Of a DNA stretch of 62,951 nucleotides, positions 10,269-19,867 are shown piece by piece. Positions within the stretch are counted from its first letter, which is position 1, and each line of letters begins with the position of its first letter. A program made the position numbers and the translations under genes. Where the stretch lies: the IMG/VR virus record IMGVR_UViG_3300025816_000007; one strand, written 5' to 3'. The notes beneath the pieces were generated by a model. It was not told where the DNA came from and did no database searches. It worked only from the letters and a program-made list of their open reading frames with translations. Source of the stretch: an uncultured virus (IMG/VR IMGVR_UViG_3300025816_000007) (lineage: Duplodnaviria > Heunggongvirae > Uroviricota > Caudoviricetes).

Positions 10269-10748
10269 ATGGTAGCAGAACAATACACGTATGATATGAA
10301 AAAGAGCATTATGCCAGGTTTTCTGGTGAAAGGAGTAAAAATAGACAGCGATTGGGTAGCCCGATGTAAAAGATTCATGGGCGCATCTGGTTGCAATTTG
10401 ATGAGTTTAGTGAACTTCATCAATGGCAATTTGAAAAGCCGAAGGATTGAGGGATTCAATACAAAGGCACTTAATGAGCCTTTGTCGGATGCACAAAAAT
10501 GGACACTCCTTCACCTTGTATTGAAAGATGAAGTCCCAGATTGGATTAGAGACGATGAAAAGGACGAGAATGTGCCTAAATTAATAGAAGCAGAGCCACA
10601 AAGGGAAGGATTGGTAAAGAAAACAGTCAATACGGCTCTCAAGCCAGTGACTTCTTTGTTCAAAGACAGCGATGGCGACGGTATCGCTGATGAAGAAGAT
10701 CCTGACGACGACAATGACGGAATCCCTGACGAATTAGACAACGATTGA
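10269..10748 (+). CDS. Protein with C-terminal thrombospondin type 3-like acidic Ca-binding repeat
   Basis: DSDGDGIADEEDPDDDNDGIPDELD. Confidence 0.65.
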   Translation: MVAEQYTYDMKKSIMPGFLVKGVKIDSDWVARCKRFMGASGCNLMSLVNFINGNLKSRRIEGFNTKALNEPLSDAQKWTLLHLVLKDEVPDWIRDDEKDENVPKLIEAEPQREGLVKKTVNTALKPVTSLFKDSDGDGIADEEDPDDDNDGIPDELDND

Positions 10749-11441
10749 TTGGTGATTATTTTGTACGGGTTGCAAGAATTAGTACCAATCGATGATTTTG
10801 AAGAGGAAGAAGACTCTTATCAAGACGATATTGATTGGTTGCGGGAAACAAATTTGAAAGATAAGAGAATAAGACAGGCATTAGCTGTCTTGACTGGCCT
10901 TCTTGTCATCGCTGCGCCATTGATTTCTGTATTATACCCCTCAACATGGACTATAATCCTATCAACTGCTTTAGCATTTACAATAGGTACAAACTTGCTC
11001 ATTTCTGTTGTAACAGTCAAAGTTGAGTCGAAAGCTCAAAAACTTGAAGAAAGAATGGCGGCTTTGATAAAAGACTTGAATGAAACCGCAGATAGAATGG
11101 TTAGTTTACACGACACTTTGAATATAGCGAATATCCCTGGAGCAATAGATCTGTTCGAGACGGTCAAAAATGAGTTTATGCCGGGCATGAAATCCTTAGA
11201 AGACCTCGATTTGAGATTTGTAAGTTCGGAAATCAGGAAGGTTTCAGAGTTTGCAGATACCTTAGACAAAGAAAAACTGATGGGAGTAATTTCACAATTC
11301 ACAAAAGAAGGTGTAGAACCTGGTACTGACCCATACTCGTTTGAAGATGAGCAAGAATTTTATGAATTCGAAGAGGATATCTTTGAAGACGATGTATATG
11401 TGTTCAATGAAGACGAAGTGCTGGCAAAGTTAGGAATCTAA
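10749..11441 (+). CDS. Two-TM membrane protein with coiled coil and acidic tail
   Basis: Two hydrophobic helices; start uncertain. Confidence 0.7.
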   Translation: MVIILYGLQELVPIDDFEEEEDSYQDDIDWLRETNLKDKRIRQALAVLTGLLVIAAPLISVLYPSTWTIILSTALAFTIGTNLLISVVTVKVESKAQKLEERMAALIKDLNETADRMVSLHDTLNIANIPGAIDLFETVKNEFMPGMKSLEDLDLRFVSSEIRKVSEFADTLDKEKLMGVISQFTKEGVEPGTDPYSFEDEQEFYEFEEDIFEDDVYVFNEDEVLAKLGI

Positions 11442-11455
11442 TCGGCGGCGTTGCG

Positions 11456-11569
11456 ATGAATGACACAATACACAAGATAGCGTTAGATGCTATAACAATC
11501 TTGCAACATTTGGGACAAGAAGAGTTAGCTTCTATATTGCTAGATAGATTCGAGAAGGTGGCTAAATGA
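11456..11569 (+). CDS. Small protein, 37 aa
   Basis: Hand-translated MNDTIHKIALDAITILQHLG...; ATGA overlap with next gene. Confidence 0.5.
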   Translation: MNDTIHKIALDAITILQHLGQEELASILLDRFEKVAK

Positions 11570-11718
11570 AGTGCCCTAAATGTGAAGGGACTATTAGAGG
11601 CAATACTTTGAAAAATAGTGTTCATCTTGAATGTAGGAGATGTAAGTCCGTATGGGAAAGAAATCTTTCATGGTGGAATAGGAAACAAGCGCATCATTCA
11701 AACGGACCAAAGTCATGA
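11566..11718 (+). CDS. Zinc-ribbon protein, 50 aa
   Basis: MKCPKC...ECRRC; ATGA overlaps on both sides. Confidence 0.6.
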   Translation: MKCPKCEGTIRGNTLKNSVHLECRRCKSVWERNLSWWNRKQAHHSNGPKS

Positions 11719-12062
11719 CGGTTGATATGGGAGAGGACATTAGACTAGAGCCAATTGCAACCTCTAACATCAAGTTAAGAGGGATACCTCCCGAACTTAG
11801 AGACAGGCTAGTTGTCATCAAAGATAAAAACGGCTGGCGTTCCTGGGCTGCTATGCTGATGTGGGTTCATAACAATCGCCATAAGTTTGACCCTATTCAA
11901 GTACTCCGTCATGATGAAAATGCCGGATATATTGTCTGTAGAGATATTCCTTTAGAAATCAAGTATGATTTAGTAAGGACGAAGCGTAGGCTCGGTTGGA
12001 GAAGATGGTCTGATTTAATTTACTTGGTTTTGAGAGAATTTGAAAATGGAGAGGAAGAGTGA
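11715..12062 (+). CDS. Tandem ribbon-helix-helix-like regulator
   Basis: Internal duplication IKLRGIPPELRDRL..GWRSWAAML / IVCRDIPLEIKYDL..GWRRWSDLI. Confidence 0.55.
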   Translation: MTVDMGEDIRLEPIATSNIKLRGIPPELRDRLVVIKDKNGWRSWAAMLMWVHNNRHKFDPIQVLRHDENAGYIVCRDIPLEIKYDLVRTKRRLGWRRWSDLIYLVLREFENGEEE

Positions 12063-12502
12063 TGTATGAATTTTGTATTTACGGCAAGCCTGTTAGCCAA
12101 CCAAGGCCAAGATTCGTGCGTCGTGGAAATAGATTGATGTCTTACGATCCAAAAACAGCACAATCAAGTAAAGCTCATATTCAAAATACAGTTTTATTGG
12201 GATTAGAAGAAGATTTTAAGCCACTCGAAGGGCCAATATTCCTAGAAATAGAAGCTTGGTTCCCATGCCCTAAATCAAAATGGCGCAAAAGAAACCCAAT
12301 TCCTCAATCACATAAAAGTAATGGACCTGACATAGACAATGTTGCTAAGCATTACATGGATGCTTTGTTCGCATCCGGTATGCTTTCCAATGATGATAGG
12401 CAAATAGCCAAATTGCATATAACAAAATATCAATGCGCCCAAGGCGACAATCCTAAAACAATAATACGCTTTGGCTTGCTTGAAGAGGGGGTATCCGAGT
12501 GA
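12059..12502 (+). CDS. rusA: RusA-family Holliday junction resolvase
   Basis: GKPVSQPRPRF, PDIDNVAK..MDAL, DDRQI. Confidence 0.9.
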   Translation: MMYEFCIYGKPVSQPRPRFVRRGNRLMSYDPKTAQSSKAHIQNTVLLGLEEDFKPLEGPIFLEIEAWFPCPKSKWRKRNPIPQSHKSNGPDIDNVAKHYMDALFASGMLSNDDRQIAKLHITKYQCAQGDNPKTIIRFGLLEEGVSE

Positions 12503-12852
12503 AAGAGTACGAAGTCGATGCCGTCATGGAAACAATTCGCTCTATTTTCAATATGCCGAAAGGTCAACCAAATACCTTGAGGTTGAGAAAGGCTTTACTC
12601 GCTTGTAATATCGCCCCGCCTTCAAAAAATCGCTGGATTGACTCTGCTAGGGAAGTGGCAGTAGAGATAATTCAAGAAAGAGGAGAAGCTACAATCATAG
12701 ATGTTCTCGACGAGATACCATTGCCTGCTTCAGAAAACACTAGGACAATAGGAGGAGTATTCACTCACCCTATGTTTGAAAGAGTCGGCAACCGCACCCT
12801 CAAAGATGGTAAAAGATGGAAAACTGTCGGAGTATTTGCAATGAGTGATTAA
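12499..12852 (+). CDS. Hypothetical, possibly winged-helix protein
   Basis: ORF; GTGA overlap. Confidence 0.6.
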   Translation: MKEYEVDAVMETIRSIFNMPKGQPNTLRLRKALLACNIAPPSKNRWIDSAREVAVEIIQERGEATIIDVLDEIPLPASENTRTIGGVFTHPMFERVGNRTLKDGKRWKTVGVFAMSD

Positions 12853-12854
12853 AC

Positions 12855-13355
12855 ATGGAACCAGAAATGCCTTATCCAATTGGTGCTGTTGTACGAAGGC
12901 TGATTAGAGGCAGTTTTTTTCACTATGGTATCGCATCAGAATACTACCACCCTGAATCTAAACTTCAAATGATTTATCAATTTGGAGGACCTTATGCTGG
13001 AGATTTAGAAGATTCTTCGATAAGACTCAATGTTTTGAATAAAATTTGGGCGGCACAAAGCGGAACTCATACACATTTTAGAATAGGCCTTACAGATTAT
13101 GTTCTTTTCTCCGAGGGAAAGGACATAGAGGTTGTTACAGTTCCAGAAGACCCATTCCCAGTAATTCAGAGAGCGAAGTCACTGTTGCATAAAGAAGATT
13201 ATAATTTACTTACACGCAATTGTGAACACTACGCCAATTACGCCCTACATGGAACTTGGGAATCGGAACAATCAAAAGACCTGACTGTGGGAAAAGTTGT
13301 GGAGGGAATTTCACTATTATTCGGATCTATATTTGGTAAAAAGGGAGACAATTAG
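12855..13355 (+). CDS. LRAT-like (permuted NlpC/P60) protein
   Basis: HYGI and YNLLTRNCEHYAN motifs. Confidence 0.8.
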   Translation: MEPEMPYPIGAVVRRLIRGSFFHYGIASEYYHPESKLQMIYQFGGPYAGDLEDSSIRLNVLNKIWAAQSGTHTHFRIGLTDYVLFSEGKDIEVVTVPEDPFPVIQRAKSLLHKEDYNLLTRNCEHYANYALHGTWESEQSKDLTVGKVVEGISLLFGSIFGKKGDN

Positions 13356-14105
13356 ATGGGAAAGGATTTATTGGAGAGTTCTCATACCAAGGGATTCATG
13401 ACATCTGCAAAATATTGGGGTCCCGAAAAAGGAGACTTGTTAATCACCAATGGAAAGGAAGTTATTGTCAATCATTGTTACTTATCTCTTGTCGAATCTA
13501 CTAAATTGATGGATTATGTAGTAAAAGGAACTCACCAAGGAAAACATATCAAAACTAGAATACCAGTTGAAGAATTAAACAATAACGGGTGGGCTTGGGT
13601 TAGAGAAAAGTTTCCATTCAAAATTGAATTTGTACTAATGCCTGGTACTTATCATGTAGTAGATCCAAATTCACAAACTTCTGTTGATGTAATAGCAAAA
13701 AATCCATCTATTGCCACAGCTAAAGCTTTGAGTTTCTTTGTCAATAATCCAAATGTTGATTTTGACGTGTCGCCTTATTTTTGTGTTCATGATTTGTATA
13801 AGGTCAGAATCACACCATCTGCTACAAAAATGGTTTCTTCTTTGAATCGGTCTATTACCATGGGGAAATTAGGCAGTGGGCCACTAGCAGATTGTTTCAA
13901 CCATCCAGTGAACAGAGAATCTTTACCAGAATTCAATAGGTTTGAATTGAAAAAATTGCAAAAAAAGGTTGAAGAGGCTTTTTATGAATTATACAAAAAT
14001 ATTGAGTGGATTTCCATTGGCGAAGCAAAAGCCTTTGATACGCAAGACTTTCAAATACATGAAATGATAGCGTCTGTTGATGGCAACATATCGATTTATG
14101 ACTGA
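13356..14105 (+). CDS. Hypothetical protein
   Basis: 249-aa ORF in operon. Confidence 0.7.
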   Translation: MGKDLLESSHTKGFMTSAKYWGPEKGDLLITNGKEVIVNHCYLSLVESTKLMDYVVKGTHQGKHIKTRIPVEELNNNGWAWVREKFPFKIEFVLMPGTYHVVDPNSQTSVDVIAKNPSIATAKALSFFVNNPNVDFDVSPYFCVHDLYKVRITPSATKMVSSLNRSITMGKLGSGPLADCFNHPVNRESLPEFNRFELKKLQKKVEEAFYELYKNIEWISIGEAKAFDTQDFQIHEMIASVDGNISIYD

Positions 14106-14520
14106 TGGCTCTCATTTATTCGCAAATAAGAAAATTGGTCGCTTTGAGCCTTCCACTGGCTACGGCTGGGTTTTGACGAAAAGGGGAAAGGATGGTTTTG
14201 CAAATAGACGATTTTTCAAGAGAATTGATGAAGATTTAACAAACAATGCCGCAGAATGGCTAGCAGTCATTGATGCTGTAAATTATGCAACACGCCATTT
14301 ACGTGACGCATTGAAGGTTGAGATACTTACTGATTCAGAGCTAGTTGTCAAACAGATTAATGGCGATTACCAAATCAAAGACGCCAAATTGAAAGAATAT
14401 TACAAGCAGTTAGACTCGATGAAATTAACTTTTGAATTAACTGTTAAGCACATATACCGTGAAAAAAATGCAGTTGCAGACTCCCTTTCAAAGCTCGGCT
14501 CCCTCATTAGATTTGAATAA
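14077..14520 (+). CDS. rnhA: Ribonuclease HI (archaeal-type)
   Basis: TDGS, TNNAAEWLA, TDSELVVKQINGDY, HIYREKNAVADSLS. Confidence 0.9.
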   Translation: MMATYRFMTDGSHLFANKKIGRFEPSTGYGWVLTKRGKDGFANRRFFKRIDEDLTNNAAEWLAVIDAVNYATRHLRDALKVEILTDSELVVKQINGDYQIKDAKLKEYYKQLDSMKLTFELTVKHIYREKNAVADSLSKLGSLIRFE

Positions 14521-14550
14521 CATTAAACGGACAAGGCGCTTGGTAGTTTT

Positions 14551-15150
14551 ATGGCAGGCGAATGGGCAAAGCGATTTATCGGCATTGAAGGTAATGCAAC
14601 AGACCAAACTAGTGAAGATGATGATTTGACAACTTCTTTCTTAGAATCGATGAATGAAATCAAAGCTGAATTTGAGGCTTTGAAACAATCAAATGAGACA
14701 TTGTTTACTGCAATGCAAAATTTACTATCCGAACTCAATAGGCAAAATACAGAAGCAATCGTCAGCGCAAATAGTCAATTTATGCACTTGGTAATAAGAA
14801 AACTCGACGAGCTAGAAGAGCGTCTTAGTTCAGACGACCCAAGTTACACAAATGTATTGTATTCCAATCCAGAATTATTTAACGAAATCTCTGCAAGAAG
14901 TGAGGAAGATACAAACGAATTGTCTATTGCAGAAGAATTTGCTTCACAGAACATAATCGCTGAAATGGTAAAAGAAGAAAATCCAAATCTCTTAAATGAA
15001 GGGTATCAAGAAGAGTTTTTACCCGAAGTAATTGAAGGATTTAACAAGTGGCAGAACAAAGAAATAAAATGGTCTGATTTTGTCAAGATTGCCGGCGGAG
15101 TAAAAGCGGCTGGTAAGGTAAAAAGAATCATGACTTCCGATAATTCTTGA
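14551..15150 (+). CDS. Acidic coiled-coil protein
   Basis: 199-aa ORF. Confidence 0.7.
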   Translation: MAGEWAKRFIGIEGNATDQTSEDDDLTTSFLESMNEIKAEFEALKQSNETLFTAMQNLLSELNRQNTEAIVSANSQFMHLVIRKLDELEERLSSDDPSYTNVLYSNPELFNEISARSEEDTNELSIAEEFASQNIIAEMVKEENPNLLNEGYQEEFLPEVIEGFNKWQNKEIKWSDFVKIAGGVKAAGKVKRIMTSDNS

Positions 15151-17831
15151 GTCGTTATGCTCATAGGGTCAAACCACTTGGTAGATACATGAGCGAAGAC
15201 TTTACTCAGGATTTCCATTCACGTCTTCGAGAATTGAACCCTTACAAAGAGGTAAGTGATTTATTGCTACTTGAAGTTGCAATTAGATTAGGTGGGACGG
15301 ATGAGGGGGAAGCGTTTTATTCATCTTACCGTAAATCGGAAGAGGTTTCTGACAAACAGTTGATGTTGATGATTGAAGGTTTACACAAAATGCAAGGAGA
15401 TGACAAAATAGACCCTGGAACATCTGTCGGAATGATTGCTGCTCATTCTATATCAGAACCAATTACACAATCAATTATGAGAACTTTTCACTATGCTGGA
15501 ATTCTTACCAAAGCTTCCCCCTTAGTTGCGCTTAACGCAGATGTCAGCATGTCTGGGCCTCCTTATATGCGTCTTGCGATTGCCCTAAAACCACCATACA
15601 ACCAAGACTATGAATTGGCTAGATCATTTGCTTATAGACTAGGACGGCAGAAGTTAGGCGTTTTTGTCGAGATAATTCCAGACCACCCTGCGTATAGAGA
15701 GGGCAACATGATTGAAGAAAAACAAAGATTACAATACCAAATGAATAACTATTCAAAACCAAAATACAAAAAATATACAGATGCTGAATTCAAAAAGAAA
15801 AAGCAAAGATTAGAAAAAATAGGAATCATCTTAACAGACAAATTCTCAAATGAATATACAGACGAATACCAAAAGTTAGTTGATAAGAAAGGTAAGATGT
15901 ACAAGCAGAATGTTTCTGCAATGTTGGAAGCAGGTTCTAAGAATTCGGTGCTTTTTTACTTGAAAGAGGGTTCGGGAATAACTCATGGAGATTTAGAGCG
16001 TTGTATTGATAGGCAATTCAAAGAAGGTGATGGCTCATTTAGGACATTTGGTAAGCCAGAAGATCCACTTCATCTAATTTTTAAAAATGCAAAGATAAAC
16101 TCAATCAAAATAGAACTTGAAGGAAAAGTCCGTGAGGCCGTGTCATTGCACTTTCCAGGATTACCTCACCGATTATTTTTGAATTTGGTTGAAACGATTC
16201 GAGAAGCAGAATTGTGTAACAACTGTAATCACCCTGTAACAATTCCAAAGATGGTTGCACAGAATAACAAAACCAAAGAAGAAACTATCATCGAAGATTC
16301 AAAATGGGACACATCTGCACCGATTGATTCTTACTACAACAAAGTAGCAGAGACTTTGAAGATGGCTGGAATTAAATCAAATCCTCCAACAGAAGTTGAT
16401 TCTACAGGATTGATTGTTATTTCAAGTGAAGAATTTGGCGCACCTGGCAAGGGCATCACATTTCATACTGCAGATAAAAAAGAGCATAAAAGGTGCCCTA
16501 ATTGTAATCACGGTTGGATTAATTTATACCATGATGGATTCGCAAAAGGCAAGGTCAAAAAGGACATTGTTGTTGGCCCAAGGGTAAAGGAGTTTGATGA
16601 TGAGGACGGAAACAAACGATATACTGCCCCTGAAAACTACGACTCCTTTGCACTAATGGACAATGATGTTTTCACAAGAGATGAGGCCCCTAGTGCAATA
16701 TTTATTGATAGAGCAATTCAAAAAGTAAACAAAGAAGGTAAGCCCATGGTTTATCCTGGCTACATCGGCAAAGACGAACAGGGCGATGGAATCAGCGATT
16801 ATCCCCTACAACATACAGGCGACGGCGTAATGATTGCAACGGGCGCTGGCGGAGGTAATTTCGATGGCGAATACTTCTTGATTATAGCGCCTAGTTCTTT
16901 GGAACGGTTAGGCGATAGAACAAGTGGATTCATTGGGCAAGGAGGATATCTACGTGCTGTAAAAGTATTCGAAAGAGAAGTTGGCATCATGGACTTTAGC
17001 CGTACAACTTGTAACGATGTAAGGCAAGTTGAGAATGTACTGGGAATCGAGGCGGCAAGAACTGTATTATTGCATAATTTGATGGAATCCATCAATGATG
17101 CCGGAGAAACACACCTAAAACACGCTATGTTGCTTGCCGATTCAATGTGCGCCCACAACACCATACTAACCGCACCTGCTGGCAGAGGGTCTATTGCGGG
17201 ACTAAATTCACAAATGGGAAATCAAACCGTTGTAAAATCTGATGGTTCTTTTGAGCACTATGGTTCCGTATTAGCTCAAGCATACGAAAGACAAGTCGAG
17301 GTTCTTTTGAAGAGGTCGGTTCAAGGAATGAGAGACAATCTAGCCCACCCGAAATCTGCTGCTACTGTGGGCATGCCTTGGTCGGCAAAGGTTGGAACGC
17401 AAAGTGGAGTTGGTTCTGGTATTTTTTCTGCTGCTGATTATGAAGAAGTTATTGATTTGTATGTTAGAAAGGAACAAGGAGATAACAATGCTGGTTTCGA
17501 ATTAGAAGAGTTATTGAAAGGCAGGTCAAACACAATCACTATTCAAAACATCAAACAACATGCTGAATCTTTATTAAAGCAAATGGATACGATGGCATTC
17601 GAATTAGTTGGGAGAGGATGGAGTACAAATGCACAAAATCCCGAAACCGGCATTATTGATGTAGGATTATGGACAATACCGCCGGCTAACTACAACCCGT
17701 CTATTAGAATCCCTCACATGGAGGCAAGAGATAAAGTTCTTGCAAATGAAGAATTTTCGAAATTGTTTTCTGAATACAAAATTATACTAGAAATCACAGA
17801 ATATCTTCTTGAAAAGATTGGCATTCAGTAA
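15147..17831 (+). CDS. rpoA2: Divergent DNA-directed RNA polymerase subunit A'' homologue with large insertion
   Basis: PGTSVGMIAAHSISEPITQSIMRTFHYAG (trigger loop), CNDVRQVENVLGIEAAR, HAMLLADSM, SVLAQAYE. Confidence 0.85.
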   Translation: MSRYAHRVKPLGRYMSEDFTQDFHSRLRELNPYKEVSDLLLLEVAIRLGGTDEGEAFYSSYRKSEEVSDKQLMLMIEGLHKMQGDDKIDPGTSVGMIAAHSISEPITQSIMRTFHYAGILTKASPLVALNADVSMSGPPYMRLAIALKPPYNQDYELARSFAYRLGRQKLGVFVEIIPDHPAYREGNMIEEKQRLQYQMNNYSKPKYKKYTDAEFKKKKQRLEKIGIILTDKFSNEYTDEYQKLVDKKGKMYKQNVSAMLEAGSKNSVLFYLKEGSGITHGDLERCIDRQFKEGDGSFRTFGKPEDPLHLIFKNAKINSIKIELEGKVREAVSLHFPGLPHRLFLNLVETIREAELCNNCNHPVTIPKMVAQNNKTKEETIIEDSKWDTSAPIDSYYNKVAETLKMAGIKSNPPTEVDSTGLIVISSEEFGAPGKGITFHTADKKEHKRCPNCNHGWINLYHDGFAKGKVKKDIVVGPRVKEFDDEDGNKRYTAPENYDSFALMDNDVFTRDEAPSAIFIDRAIQKVNKEGKPMVYPGYIGKDEQGDGISDYPLQHTGDGVMIATGAGGGNFDGEYFLIIAPSSLERLGDRTSGFIGQGGYLRAVKVFEREVGIMDFSRTTCNDVRQVENVLGIEAARTVLLHNLMESINDAGETHLKHAMLLADSMCAHNTILTAPAGRGSIAGLNSQMGNQTVVKSDGSFEHYGSVLAQAYERQVEVLLKRSVQGMRDNLAHPKSAATVGMPWSAKVGTQSGVGSGIFSAADYEEVIDLYVRKEQGDNNAGFELEELLKGRSNTITIQNIKQHAESLLKQMDTMAFELVGRGWSTNAQNPETGIIDVGLWTIPPANYNPSIRIPHMEARDKVLANEEFSKLFSEYKIILEITEYLLEKIGIQ

Positions 17832-18049
17832 ATCATAGTACGAAGGCCGAGAGTCCTTTGGGGCAACTTCTTGTTAATTTTATTTAGTGCCTTGATTTCT
17901 TTCTCGGCACGTGGAGCCTCATTAACAACTGTTACATCATATTCGCCAGCTTTGTACAATTTCCATTTTGCGCTTATTTCTTTAGAAGGAATACCTTTGT
18001 GTAACTTTCTAAATTCATTCCACTTTATTTTGATGCGATCCATTGCCAT
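17825..18049 (-). CDS. Small basic protein (HMG-box-like pattern)
   Basis: WNEFRKLHKG....EISAKW. Confidence 0.5.
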   Translation of the reverse strand: MAMDRIKIKWNEFRKLHKGIPSKEISAKWKLYKAGEYDVTVVNEAPRAEKEIKALNKINKKLPQRTLGLRTMIY

Positions 18050-18081
18050 AAATCGTCCAAGTGTTTCATCCGTTTAATTAT

Positions 18082-18122
18082 ACCCCGACTTTACAATGGC
18101 AAAAAAACACCCCGACTTTACA
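18082..18122 (-). repeat. 14-bp direct repeat ACCCCGACTTTACA x2 before a TATA-like element
   Basis: 18082-18095 and 18109-18122. Confidence 0.7.
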
Positions 18123-18125
18123 GAG

Positions 18126-18234
18126 GCCAAAAAAAAATATGGGGAGGACACGGCTCATCTCGTGGTGAACCAGTAGCTCCAGCCTCCTTACAGAGGAAAA
18201 TGTCCTATTACCTTACCAAGAACCCATGTTTAAT
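18126..18234 (-). terminator. Structured small unit ending in T9GG; end of the array
   Basis: Stems ATGGG/CCCAT, AGGACA/TGTCCT, GGTTCA/TGAGCC, then T-run. Confidence 0.55.
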
Positions 18235-18608
18235 TATTTACGAATTAGCCAGTTGAAAAACAGTTTATCTTCGTCTGCTAAATGATATTGACAGATTGTT
18301 ACAAACCTATCCTTTCCTTCAAACCATCTAGCGTATTGTTCTTGCAGCCATGAATCATTCAAAGCCTTTTGAACATCAATTTCCATTTTTTCTGCATCAT
18401 CGGACCACACCCCGTTTCCGTTGATTGACACCATCTCTTGTAACGATGCCTCATCAAATCTACACCTTGGGTGTGTTGCATAAAATTCAGCAAACCCATC
18501 AGCGCCGTTGTTCATATTCCATTTTTCCATCAGCATTCTGAATGCTTTGTAAATTATCTTATCTAATACCTTACCTGTTTGATTCAAACCCTCATATAAC
18601 GATTCCAT
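18234..18608 (-). CDS. Hypothetical protein
   Basis: ORF starting at motif ATG. Confidence 0.7.
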   Translation of the reverse strand: MESLYEGLNQTGKVLDKIIYKAFRMLMEKWNMNNGADGFAEFYATHPRCRFDEASLQEMVSINGNGVWSDDAEKMEIDVQKALNDSWLQEQYARWFEGKDRFVTICQYHLADEDKLFFNWLIRK

Positions 18609-18610
18609 GT

Positions 18611-18832
18611 TCAATGTGCGATTACCCCTAGTACAATGAAGCGTTCATGCACCGGAATATATTTCCCGTCCCACACAAGTTCAAGGTGTGGGATATCATT
18701 AATACCTGGGCAAATAATCACTTTTTTTGTCAATGCCTCATGTGCGTTCTTTCCAGACAATTTTCCCTTCTCAGGGTGTGTAAATCTATGTCCACAGAAA
18801 ACGCATTCAAGTTCAAACTCAAACTTTGGCAT
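18611..18832 (-). CDS. Small Cys-containing (Zn-binding?) protein
   Basis: CVFC...CPG; stop within motif. Confidence 0.6.
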   Translation of the reverse strand: MPKFEFELECVFCGHRFTHPEKGKLSGKNAHEALTKKVIICPGINDIPHLELVWDGKYIPVHERFIVLGVIAH

Positions 18833-19196
18833 AATATTTACACCCTTCTAATTCTTCTTTTATCACGCTCGGTATACGATCTCCTAATTCATCAACAATA
18901 TCATAATACCATTTTGGCGCATAGTCGAGAAGGTGTTTGTTGCCTTCTAATTGCCAAGTCAAGTATGTCGCCCCTATCTTTGCGGCTTCTTTGCCCTTAA
19001 CTAACAAAACTGTATCTATTCTTTTTAGACCCATATATTCAATGTACCCATATAGTTCAATATTTTTTTTCGCTATTCCCAAGGCTAACCTCAATAAGTC
19101 TCGAAGTCCGTCTAGGTCGTCACAGTTACCCAAAGTGTAAGGTATAACCATGGCGACATAATCTTTCAGTTCATCTTGTGTCAATTTCGCCTCCAT
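18819..19196 (-). CDS. Hypothetical protein
   Basis: ORF from motif ATG. Confidence 0.7.
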   Translation of the reverse strand: MEAKLTQDELKDYVAMVIPYTLGNCDDLDGLRDLLRLALGIAKKNIELYGYIEYMGLKRIDTVLLVKGKEAAKIGATYLTWQLEGNKHLLDYAPKWYYDIVDELGDRIPSVIKEELEGCKYYAKV

Positions 19197-19198
19197 GT

Positions 19199-19369
19199 TC
19201 AATCTAAATGCAATATTTCGCCACACTTAGGGCATTCTAAGTTCCCGTTATCCATCGTTTGGAAATACCGTGGCTTTTTGCATTTGTGACATTCAATCGG
19301 ATAACCTTTATCTTCCACCTTAACTAGGTGTTTTGGATTTCTTCTAGGGTGCTTATCAGACCATTTCAT
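19199..19369 (-). CDS. Zinc-ribbon protein, 56 aa (not in ORF track)
   Basis: MKWSDKHP...CHKC...CPKC..LHLD*, running from motif variant to motif. Confidence 0.7.
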   Translation of the reverse strand: MKWSDKHPRRNPKHLVKVEDKGYPIECHKCKKPRYFQTMDNGNLECPKCGEILHLD

Positions 19370-19371
19370 GT

Positions 19372-19608
19372 TCAAATTCTCCTTATTATCTTCGCATTCT
19401 TGTGGTTGTATTCGCCAGTGTATTCAAAATTAGGATTTTTGGTTAGCCAAGTCGACAAACTTTGAGTACAAGGCATAGTCCTTAGACTTCTATAATTTCC
19501 ATCAAATGTTCTTTTCTGGTACATCAAATCAATTATGCCCGACGCACTAGACTCGAAACCAGGTTCTGTTATTTTTATACAGAAATCAATAATCCCTTGT
19601 TTCGTCAA
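19372..19608 (-). CDS. Hypothetical protein
   Basis: TTGA overlap start with GGAGG upstream. Confidence 0.6.
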   Translation of the reverse strand: MTKQGIIDFCIKITEPGFESSASGIIDLMYQKRTFDGNYRSLRTMPCTQSLSTWLTKNPNFEYTGEYNHKNAKIIRRI

Positions 19609-19865
19609 ACCTTTGCCTCCAAATCCTCTCTACTCCACCATATTTTGATAACCTCAACTCGATCACGTAGTTTACCGTATGACCGTATTTGAGATTCAAT
19701 CGGCAAACCACTTCCCGCACCTGACTTTACCTCGATAATTTCACTTATTTCGTGTTCATCAAGCGGGGTGCTTTCCAAAATGCCTATGAAATGGTCGTAT
19801 TCGTCCCATTCCATCTCGGCTACTTTTCCACACTCATAATGTATTTCTAACCAAGTTTCGTCCAT
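19605..19865 (-). CDS. Hypothetical protein
   Basis: ORF from motif ATG. Confidence 0.65.
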   Translation of the reverse strand: MDETWLEIHYECGKVAEMEWDEYDHFIGILESTPLDEHEISEIIEVKSGAGSGLPIESQIRSYGKLRDRVEVIKIWWSREDLEAKV

Positions 19866-19867
19866 GT

